Source of the DNA: Candidatus Aenigmatarchaeota archaeon
GTDB lineage: Archaea; Aenigmatarchaeota; Aenigmatarchaeia; Aenigmatarchaeales; Aenigmatarchaeaceae
Assembly: GCA_046760145.1 (NCBI GenBank)
Contig: JBHIDO010000002.1
Coordinates: forward strand, 1-58,086
Reading direction: 5' to 3'
DNA length: 58,086 nucleotides
Below the pieces are notes generated by a model. The model saw only the letters and a program-made list of their open reading frames with translations, had not been told where the DNA came from and ran no database searches. Made by a program: the position numbers and the translations under genes. The first letter of the stretch is position 1. The number at the start of each line of letters is the position of its first letter. Positions 27,990 to 34,866 of this stretch are shown here, piece after piece.

Positions 27990-28727
27990 TCAACGACCCC
28001 ATTTTATTAATTTATTCCTTTTATTTATATTATTAAAACCTATTTGTTCTTTATATGATTCCAAACTCTTTGTCTTTATGTCAAAAACTAAACCTTTGGT
28101 TTTATAACCGTCTTTTCTTAGATTACCATTGATTATCCAGGTTTTTGTAGTTTCTATGTTAAATCTTTTAAGCATATCCTTCATATCTTTCATAAATAAT
28201 TTTCCATTTTCTAATTTTTCTTCAATCTTATGTAATTTAAATCTTATTTTCATTCTATTTGGTTCTTTCCAAATACTACCCTCACAATCAAATGCGATTT
28301 TTAAATATAATCTAGCAAATTCTAGATTATTTTTTATCCATGTTGGAACTAAAAATGTTTGTTTTACTTTACTTCCTGTTGGAGTATCCAAAAGTTTTAG
28401 AATTCTAGAAATTGGAGCAGAAATTATTCTATATTCGTAACATGTCCCAAAATTACTTTTTATTTTTCTATATTTTCCAATTAAATTAAATTCTTTTTTA
28501 ACCAATCTTTCAATTTCTTTCAACTCAGATAATAGAGAGCTAGTAAATAGAAATGCCTTTTCAGATAAGTATAGATGCCCATTAAAAGTTAAAAATGAAA
28601 TAATCTTTACTAGATCCTCATTTCCATAAATAGGAAAATTAATTTTATATTTTTCCATTGATTTTAATGCAAATTTCTTAAGTTTATATGAATTAAGAAA
28701 TTGTGTTTTAGTTAATATTGGCTTCAT
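27990..28727 (-). CDS. LAGLIDADG homing endonuclease-like protein (first motif degenerate)
   Basis: Motif 1 is ISFLTFNGHLY, with Asn where the catalytic Asp is expected. Motif 2 is YLKIAFDCEGSIW. It shares the PTGSK...VP linker with the other three. Its stop region GGGGTCGTTGA copies the first 8 nt of mature tRNA-Trp. Confidence 0.75.
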   Translation of the reverse strand: MKPILTKTQFLNSYKLKKFALKSMEKYKINFPIYGNEDLVKIISFLTFNGHLYLSEKAFLFTSSLLSELKEIERLVKKEFNLIGKYRKIKSNFGTCYEYRIISAPISRILKLLDTPTGSKVKQTFLVPTWIKNNLEFARLYLKIAFDCEGSIWKEPNRMKIRFKLHKIEEKLENGKLFMKDMKDMLKRFNIETTKTWIINGNLRKDGYKTKGLVFDIKTKSLESYKEQIGFNNINKRNKLIKWGR

Positions 28728-28747
28728 AATTAAAAATTATGTTATCA

Positions 28748-28755
28748 AATATAAA
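28748..28755 (-). promoter_or_regulatory. TATA-like box upstream of the LAGLIDADG/tRNA-Trp gene string
   Basis: TTTATATT on the minus strand, 21-28 nt upstream of the ATG at 28727. Confidence 0.35.
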
Positions 28756-29041
28756 TAGTTGGTAGATGACCCCTTGTTTAGAATAGAATATTTGTTAGTG
28801 AAGAAATAAAAATATCTATAATGGGACATTATTCTGATAAGGGAAGTGTACCATAGTCTCAAATGGAGAAGAAGAATTTATAAAGGGAGTAAAAATTGAA
28901 AATGAAAACGATGTTAAAGACGCCGCATATGCATTAAAAATGGTGATAGAAAAAGCATTAGAAACAAAACAATATATAGAAGTTCATTAAATAATTTTAC
29001 TTAGATTCTTAGAATACATTTTCTAAATATTAATTTTATAA

Positions 29042-29114
29042 AGCCTCGGGAGGGTCTCGAACCCCCGACCTGCGGTTTACAAGACCGCCGCTCTTCCAAC
29101 TGAGCTACCGAGGC
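29042..29114 (-). tRNA. tRNA-Thr(UGU), no intron, no encoded CCA
   Basis: GCCTCGG TA GCTC AGTTGGAA GAGC G GCGGT CTTGTAA ACCGC AGGTC GGGGG TTCGAGA CCCTC CCGAGGC T. Confidence 0.95.
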
Positions 29115-29153
29115 ATAATCAAATTTTATATTAACATTTTTTAAATATATCTT

Positions 29154-29498
29154 ATGCTTGGAGAAGTGATTTTAGCAATAATTGCTGCTGTTATTGGTGG
29201 CTTATCTTTATCTATTCAGAAACTCGGTCTAGACAAAGTTAAAAAAATAAGACCAAAAGATTTGATTAAATCTAAGACATGGATAGCTGGAATTTTACTT
29301 GCCTTAACAGGATTTACTATTTATATATATGCATTAAGTGTAGGGAAGATTGCAATAATACAACCTTTAATGGAAACAGCAATGGTTTTCTCAATTATTT
29401 TCAATTATTTATTATTTAGAGAAAAATTGAGTCGGTTCGAAGGTTTTTGTTTTATTTTGGTATTTATAGGAATAATACTAATTGCGTTTGGTGGTTGA
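29154..29498 (+). CDS. 4-TM DMT-superfamily (EamA/SMR-like) half transporter
   Basis: 114 aa, four hydrophobic helices; paired with the adjacent similar gene. Confidence 0.55.
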   Translation: MLGEVILAIIAAVIGGLSLSIQKLGLDKVKKIRPKDLIKSKTWIAGILLALTGFTIYIYALSVGKIAIIQPLMETAMVFSIIFNYLLFREKLSRFEGFCFILVFIGIILIAFGG

Positions 29499-29834
29499 AT
29501 GAATTATAAAGTATACGCAATAATAACTGGAATATTTTTTGGAACAGGTGCTTTATTGATAAAAGTTTTTCTAAATGATTCTTATTGGTTTATTTTGTTA
29601 TTAGCACTAATTCTTGGTTTAACTGGTTATGGATTTCTGCAATTTGCATTGAAAAAAGGTAGAGGAAACATTACATTAGTTTTAGCATTAGGAATTTCAA
29701 GTGTTATTGCAATTTTGGGAGGAATATTCCTATTATCAGAAATTTTATCACTCCTAGAAATAACTGGAGTTATTCTTATCTTATTAGGACTTATTTTGTT
29801 AAAGTTTAAGAAGAGATTTATAAATATTTTCTAA
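29499..29834 (+). CDS. 4-TM DMT-superfamily (EamA/SMR-like) half transporter, second subunit
   Basis: 111 aa, four hydrophobic helices; it starts at the base after the previous stop. Confidence 0.55.
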   Translation: MNYKVYAIITGIFFGTGALLIKVFLNDSYWFILLLALILGLTGYGFLQFALKKGRGNITLVLALGISSVIAILGGIFLLSEILSLLEITGVILILLGLILLKFKKRFINIF

Positions 29835-30920
29835 ATCTTTAGAACAATTTTGAATTGAATATTTCTTTACCGTTTCTAATCCATTCTTTATTAATTTATT
29901 TCTTAATTTTTTATTATTTAATATTTTCAAAATATGTTTATGAATTTCATTATCATTATTAAATAAAATTCCGTTGTAATTGTTTATTACAAAATCCTTA
30001 AAACCTAAAGCATTTTTAACAATAACCGGGCATTTGGATGCAAATGCTTCTAAAGCAACAACACCTTGAGTTTCCGTTTTAGAAGCACAAGCAAAAACAT
30101 CAGAAGTTTTATAATATTTTATTAAACTTTTTGGTTGAACCTTTTTATGAGAAATATAACCTGTAAATTCAACATTTTTTAATTTCATTTTTTTAACCAA
30201 ATTCTCTAATTCTTTTCTATATGGTCCATCAGAAGTTATTATTAATTTGGCATCAATTTTTTTGAGAAGTTTTTTAAATTCTCTTAAAATAACATCAATC
30301 CTTTTTTCTTTTGTTATTCTACCAACATGTAAAATTACTGGAACTTTATTTTTCTTTTTAACTTTAATGTTAAACTCTTCTAATTTCAAACCTGTTGGTA
30401 GAACTTTTATTGGTTTTCTAATTCCATAACTTTTTAATAATTTTTTTATTGGATTGCTAGGAACAGTTATTATATCGGCTCTATTAAAGAACCATTTTGT
30501 ATACTTTCTTATTGCTCTTTTATTTATCTTTTTTAAGAACTTTCTTTTTGTCAAATAATGAACATAATCTGTAAGAAATGTATGATATGTCATTACAATT
30601 GGTATTTTCAAAAATTTTGCTATTGACAAACCGATCAAACCAATAGAGGCAGGAGATTGTAAATGAATTATATCTGGTCTTATTTTTCTAATTATCCTTA
30701 AAACTTTTAGAGATGGTAATCCAATTCTATATTCAGGATAAGGTCTGAAACTAAAGGATCGTAAAGCATATACATTTTTTTCTTTTCTTAACTTCTTATC
30801 ATAAGGACAGACAATATATACTTTATGCCTTTTTCTCAATTGTTCTGAAAATAACTTTATAGAAGTAACAACACCATTTACTTGAGGGGTATAGGTATCT
30901 GTAAAGAATACAATTTTCAT
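29799..30920 (-). CDS. Glycosyltransferase family 4 (GT-B fold)
   Basis: N-terminal KIVFFTDTYTPQVNGV and C-terminal ASKTETQGVVALEAFASKCPVIV (E-x7-E-like). Confidence 0.85.
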   Translation of the reverse strand: MKIVFFTDTYTPQVNGVVTSIKLFSEQLRKRHKVYIVCPYDKKLRKEKNVYALRSFSFRPYPEYRIGLPSLKVLRIIRKIRPDIIHLQSPASIGLIGLSIAKFLKIPIVMTYHTFLTDYVHYLTKRKFLKKINKRAIRKYTKWFFNRADIITVPSNPIKKLLKSYGIRKPIKVLPTGLKLEEFNIKVKKKNKVPVILHVGRITKEKRIDVILREFKKLLKKIDAKLIITSDGPYRKELENLVKKMKLKNVEFTGYISHKKVQPKSLIKYYKTSDVFACASKTETQGVVALEAFASKCPVIVKNALGFKDFVINNYNGILFNNDNEIHKHILKILNNKKLRNKLIKNGLETVKKYSIQNCSKDLENIYKSLLKL

Positions 30921-30927
30921 TATCTCA

Positions 30928-31629
30928 CTAGTTATAATCTTCTCTAATATACTTTATATCTTTTAATTTCTTTCCTAACAATAATCTCATATCTCCTTTG
31001 AACCATGTCCATAATGTTTTTAAATAACCATGCTTTTCCATTCTTCTTGTTGAAACTTTAACATTTAACCTCTTGTCATAAGTTATTTTTCCTAATTTTC
31101 TGAATCTAAAACTCAAATCTGCATCGTCAGAATGCGGTAAAATTCTATAACCTCCTATTTTTTGAAAAACATCTTTTTTAAAAGCAGAATTTGTTCCACC
31201 TAAACAATAATACTTGAATAAACTAGATATTCTTATTAAATATCTTAAAAAGAAAAAGGTTATTTTTGATTTTCTAGTTTTTTCTATTGGCTCATCAGGA
31301 CCACAAACAGCAATTGAACCATTATTTAGGTGATATAAAATGTTTTCTAACCAATCTTTTGGAACGATAACATCTGCATCTGTTGTTGCAACAAAATCAT
31401 ACTTTGCAATTCTTATTCCATCATTTCTTGCACCGGCAACACCTTTGCTTTTCTGAATAATAACCTTATCTGCATATTTTTTTGCAATTTCCCTTGTTCT
31501 ATCATTAGAATTTCCATCCACAACTATTACTTCATAAGAATTTCTAGGAATTGTTTGATTTGTTAATTTTTTCAATGTTCTTTCTATAAATTTTTCTTCA
31601 TTATAGGTTGGTATTATCACTGATATCAT
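30928..31629 (-). CDS. Glycosyltransferase family 2
   Basis: ISVIIPTYNEE, VVDGNSNDRT, TDADV (DxD). Confidence 0.85.
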   Translation of the reverse strand: MISVIIPTYNEEKFIERTLKKLTNQTIPRNSYEVIVVDGNSNDRTREIAKKYADKVIIQKSKGVAGARNDGIRIAKYDFVATTDADVIVPKDWLENILYHLNNGSIAVCGPDEPIEKTRKSKITFFFLRYLIRISSLFKYYCLGGTNSAFKKDVFQKIGGYRILPHSDDADLSFRFRKLGKITYDKRLNVKVSTRRMEKHGYLKTLWTWFKGDMRLLLGKKLKDIKYIREDYN

Positions 31630-31669
31630 TTTATCACCTGGTGCCTGGGGTGGGATTTGAACCCACGAC

Positions 31670-31697
31670 TTCTAGCCTCTTTTTTGTATTTAGAGGT
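31670..31697 (-). other. tRNA(CAU) intron 3 (28 nt, 45/46 in the variable loop)
   Basis: The central helix pairs CTAG with CTAG, the bulges are AG|A and AA|G, and the intron helix pairs CCTCT with AGAGG. Removal creates the variable loop AGGTC. Confidence 0.75.
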
Positions 31698-31705
31698 CTC
31701 TAGAT

Positions 31706-31759
31706 CTCTCAGCTGACTAAGTTTTCAGTCATGCCTTAAGGTCATAACTCATAACAACT
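31706..31759 (-). other. tRNA(CAU) intron 2 (54 nt, canonical 37/38)
   Basis: The central helix pairs CTCA (32-35) with TGAG, and the bulges are TA|A and AG|A. It is flanked by the 5-bp anticodon stem CTAGA/TCTAG and the intron helix GTTG/CAGC. Confidence 0.8.
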
Positions 31760-31766
31760 TATGAGT

Positions 31767-31779
31767 TTCGCCAATTTTT
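31767..31779 (-). other. tRNA(CAU) intron 1 (13 nt, 30/31)
   Basis: AAAAATTGGCGAA. The central helix pairs CGCT with GGCG, the bulges are AG|A and AA|A, and the exon helix pairs GAG with CTC. Confidence 0.8.
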
Positions 31780-31787
31780 CTAGCGCT

Positions 31788-32411
31788 CTAACCAGCTGAG
31801 CCACCCAGGCTCATTTTTTCATTCAACCAATTTTTATATTTTGTTTGATGTTTAGGATTTATAAATCCTACCTCTTTATAAAATATTTTGGTATTTCTAT
31901 ATCCATTAAATTGTAGACGTGTGAATTTTGGATATAAACCGCCTTTCATACCAATACTTTCTAATTTTTGTTTTATTTGTTCTAATAATGGAATAGAAAT
32001 ACTTCTAAATTCTATTCTTGGATACATTATACCATTATTATTAGTAATAACTAGAGAACCATCAGTTGCAAAAATTCCGGATATAATATCTTTCTCTAAA
32101 TTATGATCGAAGAATATTTTAGGAATAGATATATTTTTCTTTTTACCAACAGGAAAGCCCAAAGATTTTATGTACTCAAAAAGTTCTTTATCAGAGAAAT
32201 TTATTTCTATTTTCCCATGTTTGGACCTTTTCTTATATACAACTTTCTTTTTTCTAATCTTAGCCAAAATTGGGATAACTATCTTGTCAAAGAAAGGTTG
32301 GTCATTATAATAATTACAGGTTATAACTATGGCTCTTGCTCTAGAATATCTAGAGAGACAACCATCACCAATTAGTATTCCATAAAGATTTGCTAAATCT
32401 TTGTTAATCAT
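31788..32411 (-). CDS. Double-motif LAGLIDADG homing endonuclease-like protein
   Basis: Motif 1 is LYGILIGDGCL and motif 2 is IISGIFATDGSL. Its N-terminus MINKDLANL parallels the intron-encoded paralog. Its last 7 codons and the TAG are positions 1-23 of the tRNA(CAU). Its start overlaps the DUF362 stop. Confidence 0.85.
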   Translation of the reverse strand: MINKDLANLYGILIGDGCLSRYSRARAIVITCNYYNDQPFFDKIVIPILAKIRKKKVVYKKRSKHGKIEINFSDKELFEYIKSLGFPVGKKKNISIPKIFFDHNLEKDIISGIFATDGSLVITNNNGIMYPRIEFRSISIPLLEQIKQKLESIGMKGGLYPKFTRLQFNGYRNTKIFYKEVGFINPKHQTKYKNWLNEKMSLGGSAG

Positions 32412-33213
32412 ATCTATTTACTCCGACTTTAATTTTTTTAACTAATGTTGGTTTATTACCTATTTTCATTTGTATTGCTTTATCTATATAAAAAACTTTA
32501 TCATAACCCAAAATCTTTGCACCAACACAATCTACAGCTACAGGATCTTCTCCAACTATTGTGATATCAAATTCTTTTAATTTCCCATATAAATGAGAAC
32601 CATACATACCTGTTGTACCATCTATAACTCCTAAATTAGGTTTAATCTTTTTTAAAATATCACACATTCTTTGTGTCCAAATTTCATAAGAATCTTCTTT
32701 ATGCATAAAGGATTTATTAGGGTAACTTCCTTTTGGTTTTAAAATACCCATCATATTTTTTAATGTAAGAGTTACTTCAAATGCATGTTCTTTTAGAGGT
32801 ACTGCTGATATCAAATAATCTGTTTTCAAAATGAATTTTGTTACCTCAATATTTTTCCATAATTCTCCATTTAGTTTTATGGTTACAAATTCAAAATCAT
32901 CAAAGTTTATCAATTCAACATTATAATTTTCAGTTAAGTAACGATATCCAGCTTTTTCAAAACATTTATCAGTATAATAACCAGCCGAGCTCTCTCCTAT
33001 TAATATTTTATACTTATTATCATCTAAGAATTTTATTATTCCTTCTAATAATTCTGGTCTCGTGACTGCTCCAGAATCTTTTTTCATTGGTTCAACCAAA
33101 TTTGGTTTTATTAATATTTTAGAATTAACCTTGGGTAAACTCGGTGAAAGTTCTTTCAATGCGTTTTCAGTTCTTTTTATTATATCCTTTCCTTCACATA
33201 TTACAACTTTCAT
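32404..33213 (-). CDS. DUF362-like protein
   Basis: KILIKPNLVEPMKKDSGAVTRPELLEGIIKFL and GESSAGYYTDKCFEKAGY. Assignment is from motif memory. Confidence 0.55.
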   Translation of the reverse strand: MKVVICEGKDIIKRTENALKELSPSLPKVNSKILIKPNLVEPMKKDSGAVTRPELLEGIIKFLDDNKYKILIGESSAGYYTDKCFEKAGYRYLTENYNVELINFDDFEFVTIKLNGELWKNIEVTKFILKTDYLISAVPLKEHAFEVTLTLKNMMGILKPKGSYPNKSFMHKEDSYEIWTQRMCDILKKIKPNLGVIDGTTGMYGSHLYGKLKEFDITIVGEDPVAVDCVGAKILGYDKVFYIDKAIQMKIGNKPTLVKKIKVGVNRYD

Positions 33214-33222
33214 CTAATCACA

Positions 33223-33376
33223 TGGTGGGCCCGACGGGATTCGAACCCGCGACTCCCGGGTTTAAAGACCGAGACTAACAGTCTGCAGGTTTTCTTCCTG
33301 TCATTGCTAAAAGCTCAACATGCTTTTATCCTGACGGATAAAAGCCCGGTACTCTACCAGACTGAGTTACGGGCCC
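33223..33376 (-). tRNA. tRNA-Lys (probably UUU) with a 77-nt insertion in the anticodon loop; splice junctions unresolved; CCA encoded
   Basis: GGGCCCG TA ACTC AGTCTGGTA GAGT A CCGGG CTTTTA [77 nt] A CCCGG GAGTC GCGGG TTCGAAT CCCGT CGGGCCC A CCA. All four arms pair perfectly. Confidence 0.7.
33262..33338 (-). other. Intervening sequence of tRNA-Lys(UUU), drawn at 37/38; no BHB found by eye
   Basis: It begins with a perfect 10-bp hairpin GCTTTTATCC-GTCA-GGATAAAAGC (33322-33345) that buries the anticodon loop. It ends in ...CTCGGTCTTTAA. Confidence 0.5.
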
Positions 33377-33624
33377 CTTGTAATTCTTTTTAATTTATCA
33401 AATTTATCTTTTGTTAAATCTATCCATAATCCAAAACTTCCATTAATATCCGATATTTCTAACATTTTCTTTCTCTTATCTTTATGAAGTTCTATTACTA
33501 CTTCTCTACTTCTTAGTTCTAAAGATAATTCCTTTCCTGCTAAATTTCTTGGTTGATCTAACCGAATATCTTTCCATTCGATTAATCTTTGTGCAACACC
33601 CTTGTCTAATTTCAATATTATCAT
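33367..33624 (-). CDS. 85-aa hypothetical protein, possible decayed single-motif LAGLIDADG remnant
   Basis: MLEISDINGSFGLWI resembles a LAGLIDADG motif with Asn replacing the second acidic residue. The start is trimmed to 33624 (upstream is tRNA-Asp). The TAA stop is positions 8-10 of tRNA-Lys(UUU). Confidence 0.4.
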   Translation of the reverse strand: MIILKLDKGVAQRLIEWKDIRLDQPRNLAGKELSLELRSREVVIELHKDKRKKMLEISDINGSFGLWIDLTKDKFDKLKRITRGP

Positions 33625-33635
33625 ATTATCACAGG

Positions 33636-33709
33636 CGCCCGAGTGGGGATTTGAACCCCAGTCACAAGCTCGACAGGCTCGCATACTAACCAGACTATAC
33701 TACCCGGGC
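33636..33709 (-). tRNA. tRNA-Asp(GUC), no intron, only CC encoded after the discriminator
   Basis: GCCCGGG TA GTAT AGTCTGGTTA GTAT G CGAGC CTGTCGA GCTTG TGAC TGGGG TTCAAAT CCCCA CTCGGGC G. Confidence 0.95.
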
Positions 33710-33863
33710 ATAAATTAGAATTATTTGTAACTATATTTAAATGCTTTTAAGTTGAGGTAAAAGCAAAACCGAAATCTCACAACCCATGTTCAATGATGAA
33801 TAAAGTGAAATAAAAAATATTTGATTTTTGCGGAGTTGCAGATTTTTTGGGGGAATATACCTA

Positions 33864-34385
33864 CTAACCAAAAGGATTACTGAGGTCTAATCCAAAAATA
33901 TTCTGAGATTTGTCTCTTAATTTTCTTATTTTATTATTTGATTTATTTATCAATTTAATTCTAAATTGTTGTAACCCAAAACCAGGAGATTTATCCAGTT
34001 TTTTTTGAAGTTTATGTTTCAATTCGTTCTCTACATATTTATTAACATTTCCGACCAGAACAACAATAACTCCTTCTTCGTAATCATCTTCATAATCATC
34101 TATCTGCCCTTGTAATCGATTAATTTGAGATTTAGATTTTAGATCTTTTTTGAGTTCAATTCCAACTTTTCTATTCCCTACTGCAATATCACAAAGACCT
34201 CTACCATCTTCTTTCCTAATCAAAATATTTTTAGTTCCAAAAAGCATATTTGTAGAACTACTAAGTCTATCGTGGATAAAGTTCATTAAGTCATCCCTAT
34301 ATTTTAATTCATTGGGATATTTCTGTTGTGGTTTCCACTGATTTATTATTTCAACAACTTCATCAAATAGACTCATTCCAAACAT
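33864..34385 (-). CDS. Hypothetical protein with a PD-(D/E)xK-like nuclease motif
   Basis: GRGLCDIAVGNRKVGIELKKD fits D-x10-E-x-K. An acidic DDYEDDYEE segment follows. No family recognised. Confidence 0.4.
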   Translation of the reverse strand: MFGMSLFDEVVEIINQWKPQQKYPNELKYRDDLMNFIHDRLSSSTNMLFGTKNILIRKEDGRGLCDIAVGNRKVGIELKKDLKSKSQINRLQGQIDDYEDDYEEGVIVVLVGNVNKYVENELKHKLQKKLDKSPGFGLQQFRIKLINKSNNKIRKLRDKSQNIFGLDLSNPFG

Positions 34386-34468
34386 AATAAAATATTAAAT
34401 TTCTTATATTTATTAAGTTTCCCCTTTTAGCACACATCTCTAAGGTTGGTAAGAATAAAGTTTAAAAA

Positions 34469-34581
34469 TCGCCAGCGTCCTGGGCTTCCCGTGTTTTCCA
34501 CAGTACAACCCAGATCGATGGAGCGATTCACTACCGTGTTCGAATGGGAACGGGTCTTTCCACTCCTCTTTGACCGGCGAC
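34469..34581 (-). rRNA. 5S ribosomal RNA (free-standing)
   Basis: On the minus strand, TCGCCGG...CCCGTTCCCATTCGAACACGGTAGTGAATCGC...GGGAAGCCCAGGACGCTGGCGA. The terminal helix pairs TCGCCGG with CTGGCGA. It is a GC-rich island in AT-rich DNA. The ends are accurate to a few nt. Confidence 0.85.
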
Positions 34582-34584
34582 AAA

Positions 34585-34866
34585 TTAGAATAGCCCTCTA
34601 GAATATTTAAAGTTTATAGAATCACTAAATTCTGGTTTTCCTATATCTCTTAAATTATAACTATCTAAAATAGAACTTACTGAACTTATTTGTCCTTCTA
34701 TAATAGTTTCTAAATCTATCATATTTTTAGGTGGAATTGGAAAAATAGCATCATTATTATTTTTATATAAATCGTGCTCTAATTCAATTACTATATAATT
34801 ATGCGTTAGTTCTTCTTCATCTCTTTTTATAGTTTTTGTAACCGATCTTAGTTCTGATACACTCAT
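34585..34866 (-). CDS. Hypothetical 93-aa protein, paralog of the upstream ORF
   Basis: IVIELEHDLYKNNNDAIFPIPPKNMI shares an EHDL-x2-NNN-x2-I-x2-IP motif with the 34863..35195 ORF. Its stop lies 3 nt before the 5S rRNA 5' end. Confidence 0.5.
   Translation of the reverse strand: MSVSELRSVTKTIKRDEEELTHNYIVIELEHDLYKNNNDAIFPIPPKNMIDLETIIEGQISSVSSILDSYNLRDIGKPEFSDSINFKYSRGLF

Larger units (their letters stand above)
31639..31810 (-). tRNA. tRNA with CAU anticodon (elongator Met or Ile2) carrying three BHB introns (30/31, 37/38, 45/46); CCA encoded
   Basis: The spliced form is GCCTGGG TG GCTC AGCTGGTTA GAGC G CTAGA CTCATAA TCTAG AGGTC GTGGG TTCAAAT CCCAC CCCAGGC A CCA. Confidence 0.85.

Noticed and set aside
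27951-28000. An alternative model in which tRNA-Trp starts at 28000 (GGGGTCG) with a 43-nt insertion before position 8, overlapping the endonuclease stop codon.
   Set aside because: I could not draw a BHB for that junction. Starting at 27975 gives a complete BHB with an 18-nt intron at 4/5 and the same mature sequence. The 28000 copy is better explained as a duplicated octamer.
28841-28989. An open frame encoding ...NGEEEFIKGVKIENENDVKDAAYALKMVIEKALETKQYIEVH in the 314-nt gap between the endonuclease gene and tRNA-Thr.
   Set aside because: There is no ATG, GTG or TTG start before the internal Met, which would leave only 16 aa. It is probably a gene remnant and is not callable as a CDS.
33256-33270. 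Reading the 3' copy of the loop (CTTTAAA) as a UUA anticodon, which would make an ochre-suppressor tRNA and a recoded genome.
   Set aside because: TAA terminates many well-delimited genes in this window, with neighbouring genes starting immediately after it. There is no sign of TAA read-through, and a Lys(UUU) isoacceptor is needed. I kept the splice ambiguity as an open question in the findings.
33793-33883. A possible box C/D sRNA, with ATGATGA at 33793-33799 and CTGA at 33880-33883 on the plus strand.
   Set aside because: The boxes are about 80 nt apart with no clear C'/D' boxes or terminal stem. The CTGA also lies inside the end of the 33864-34385 coding region.
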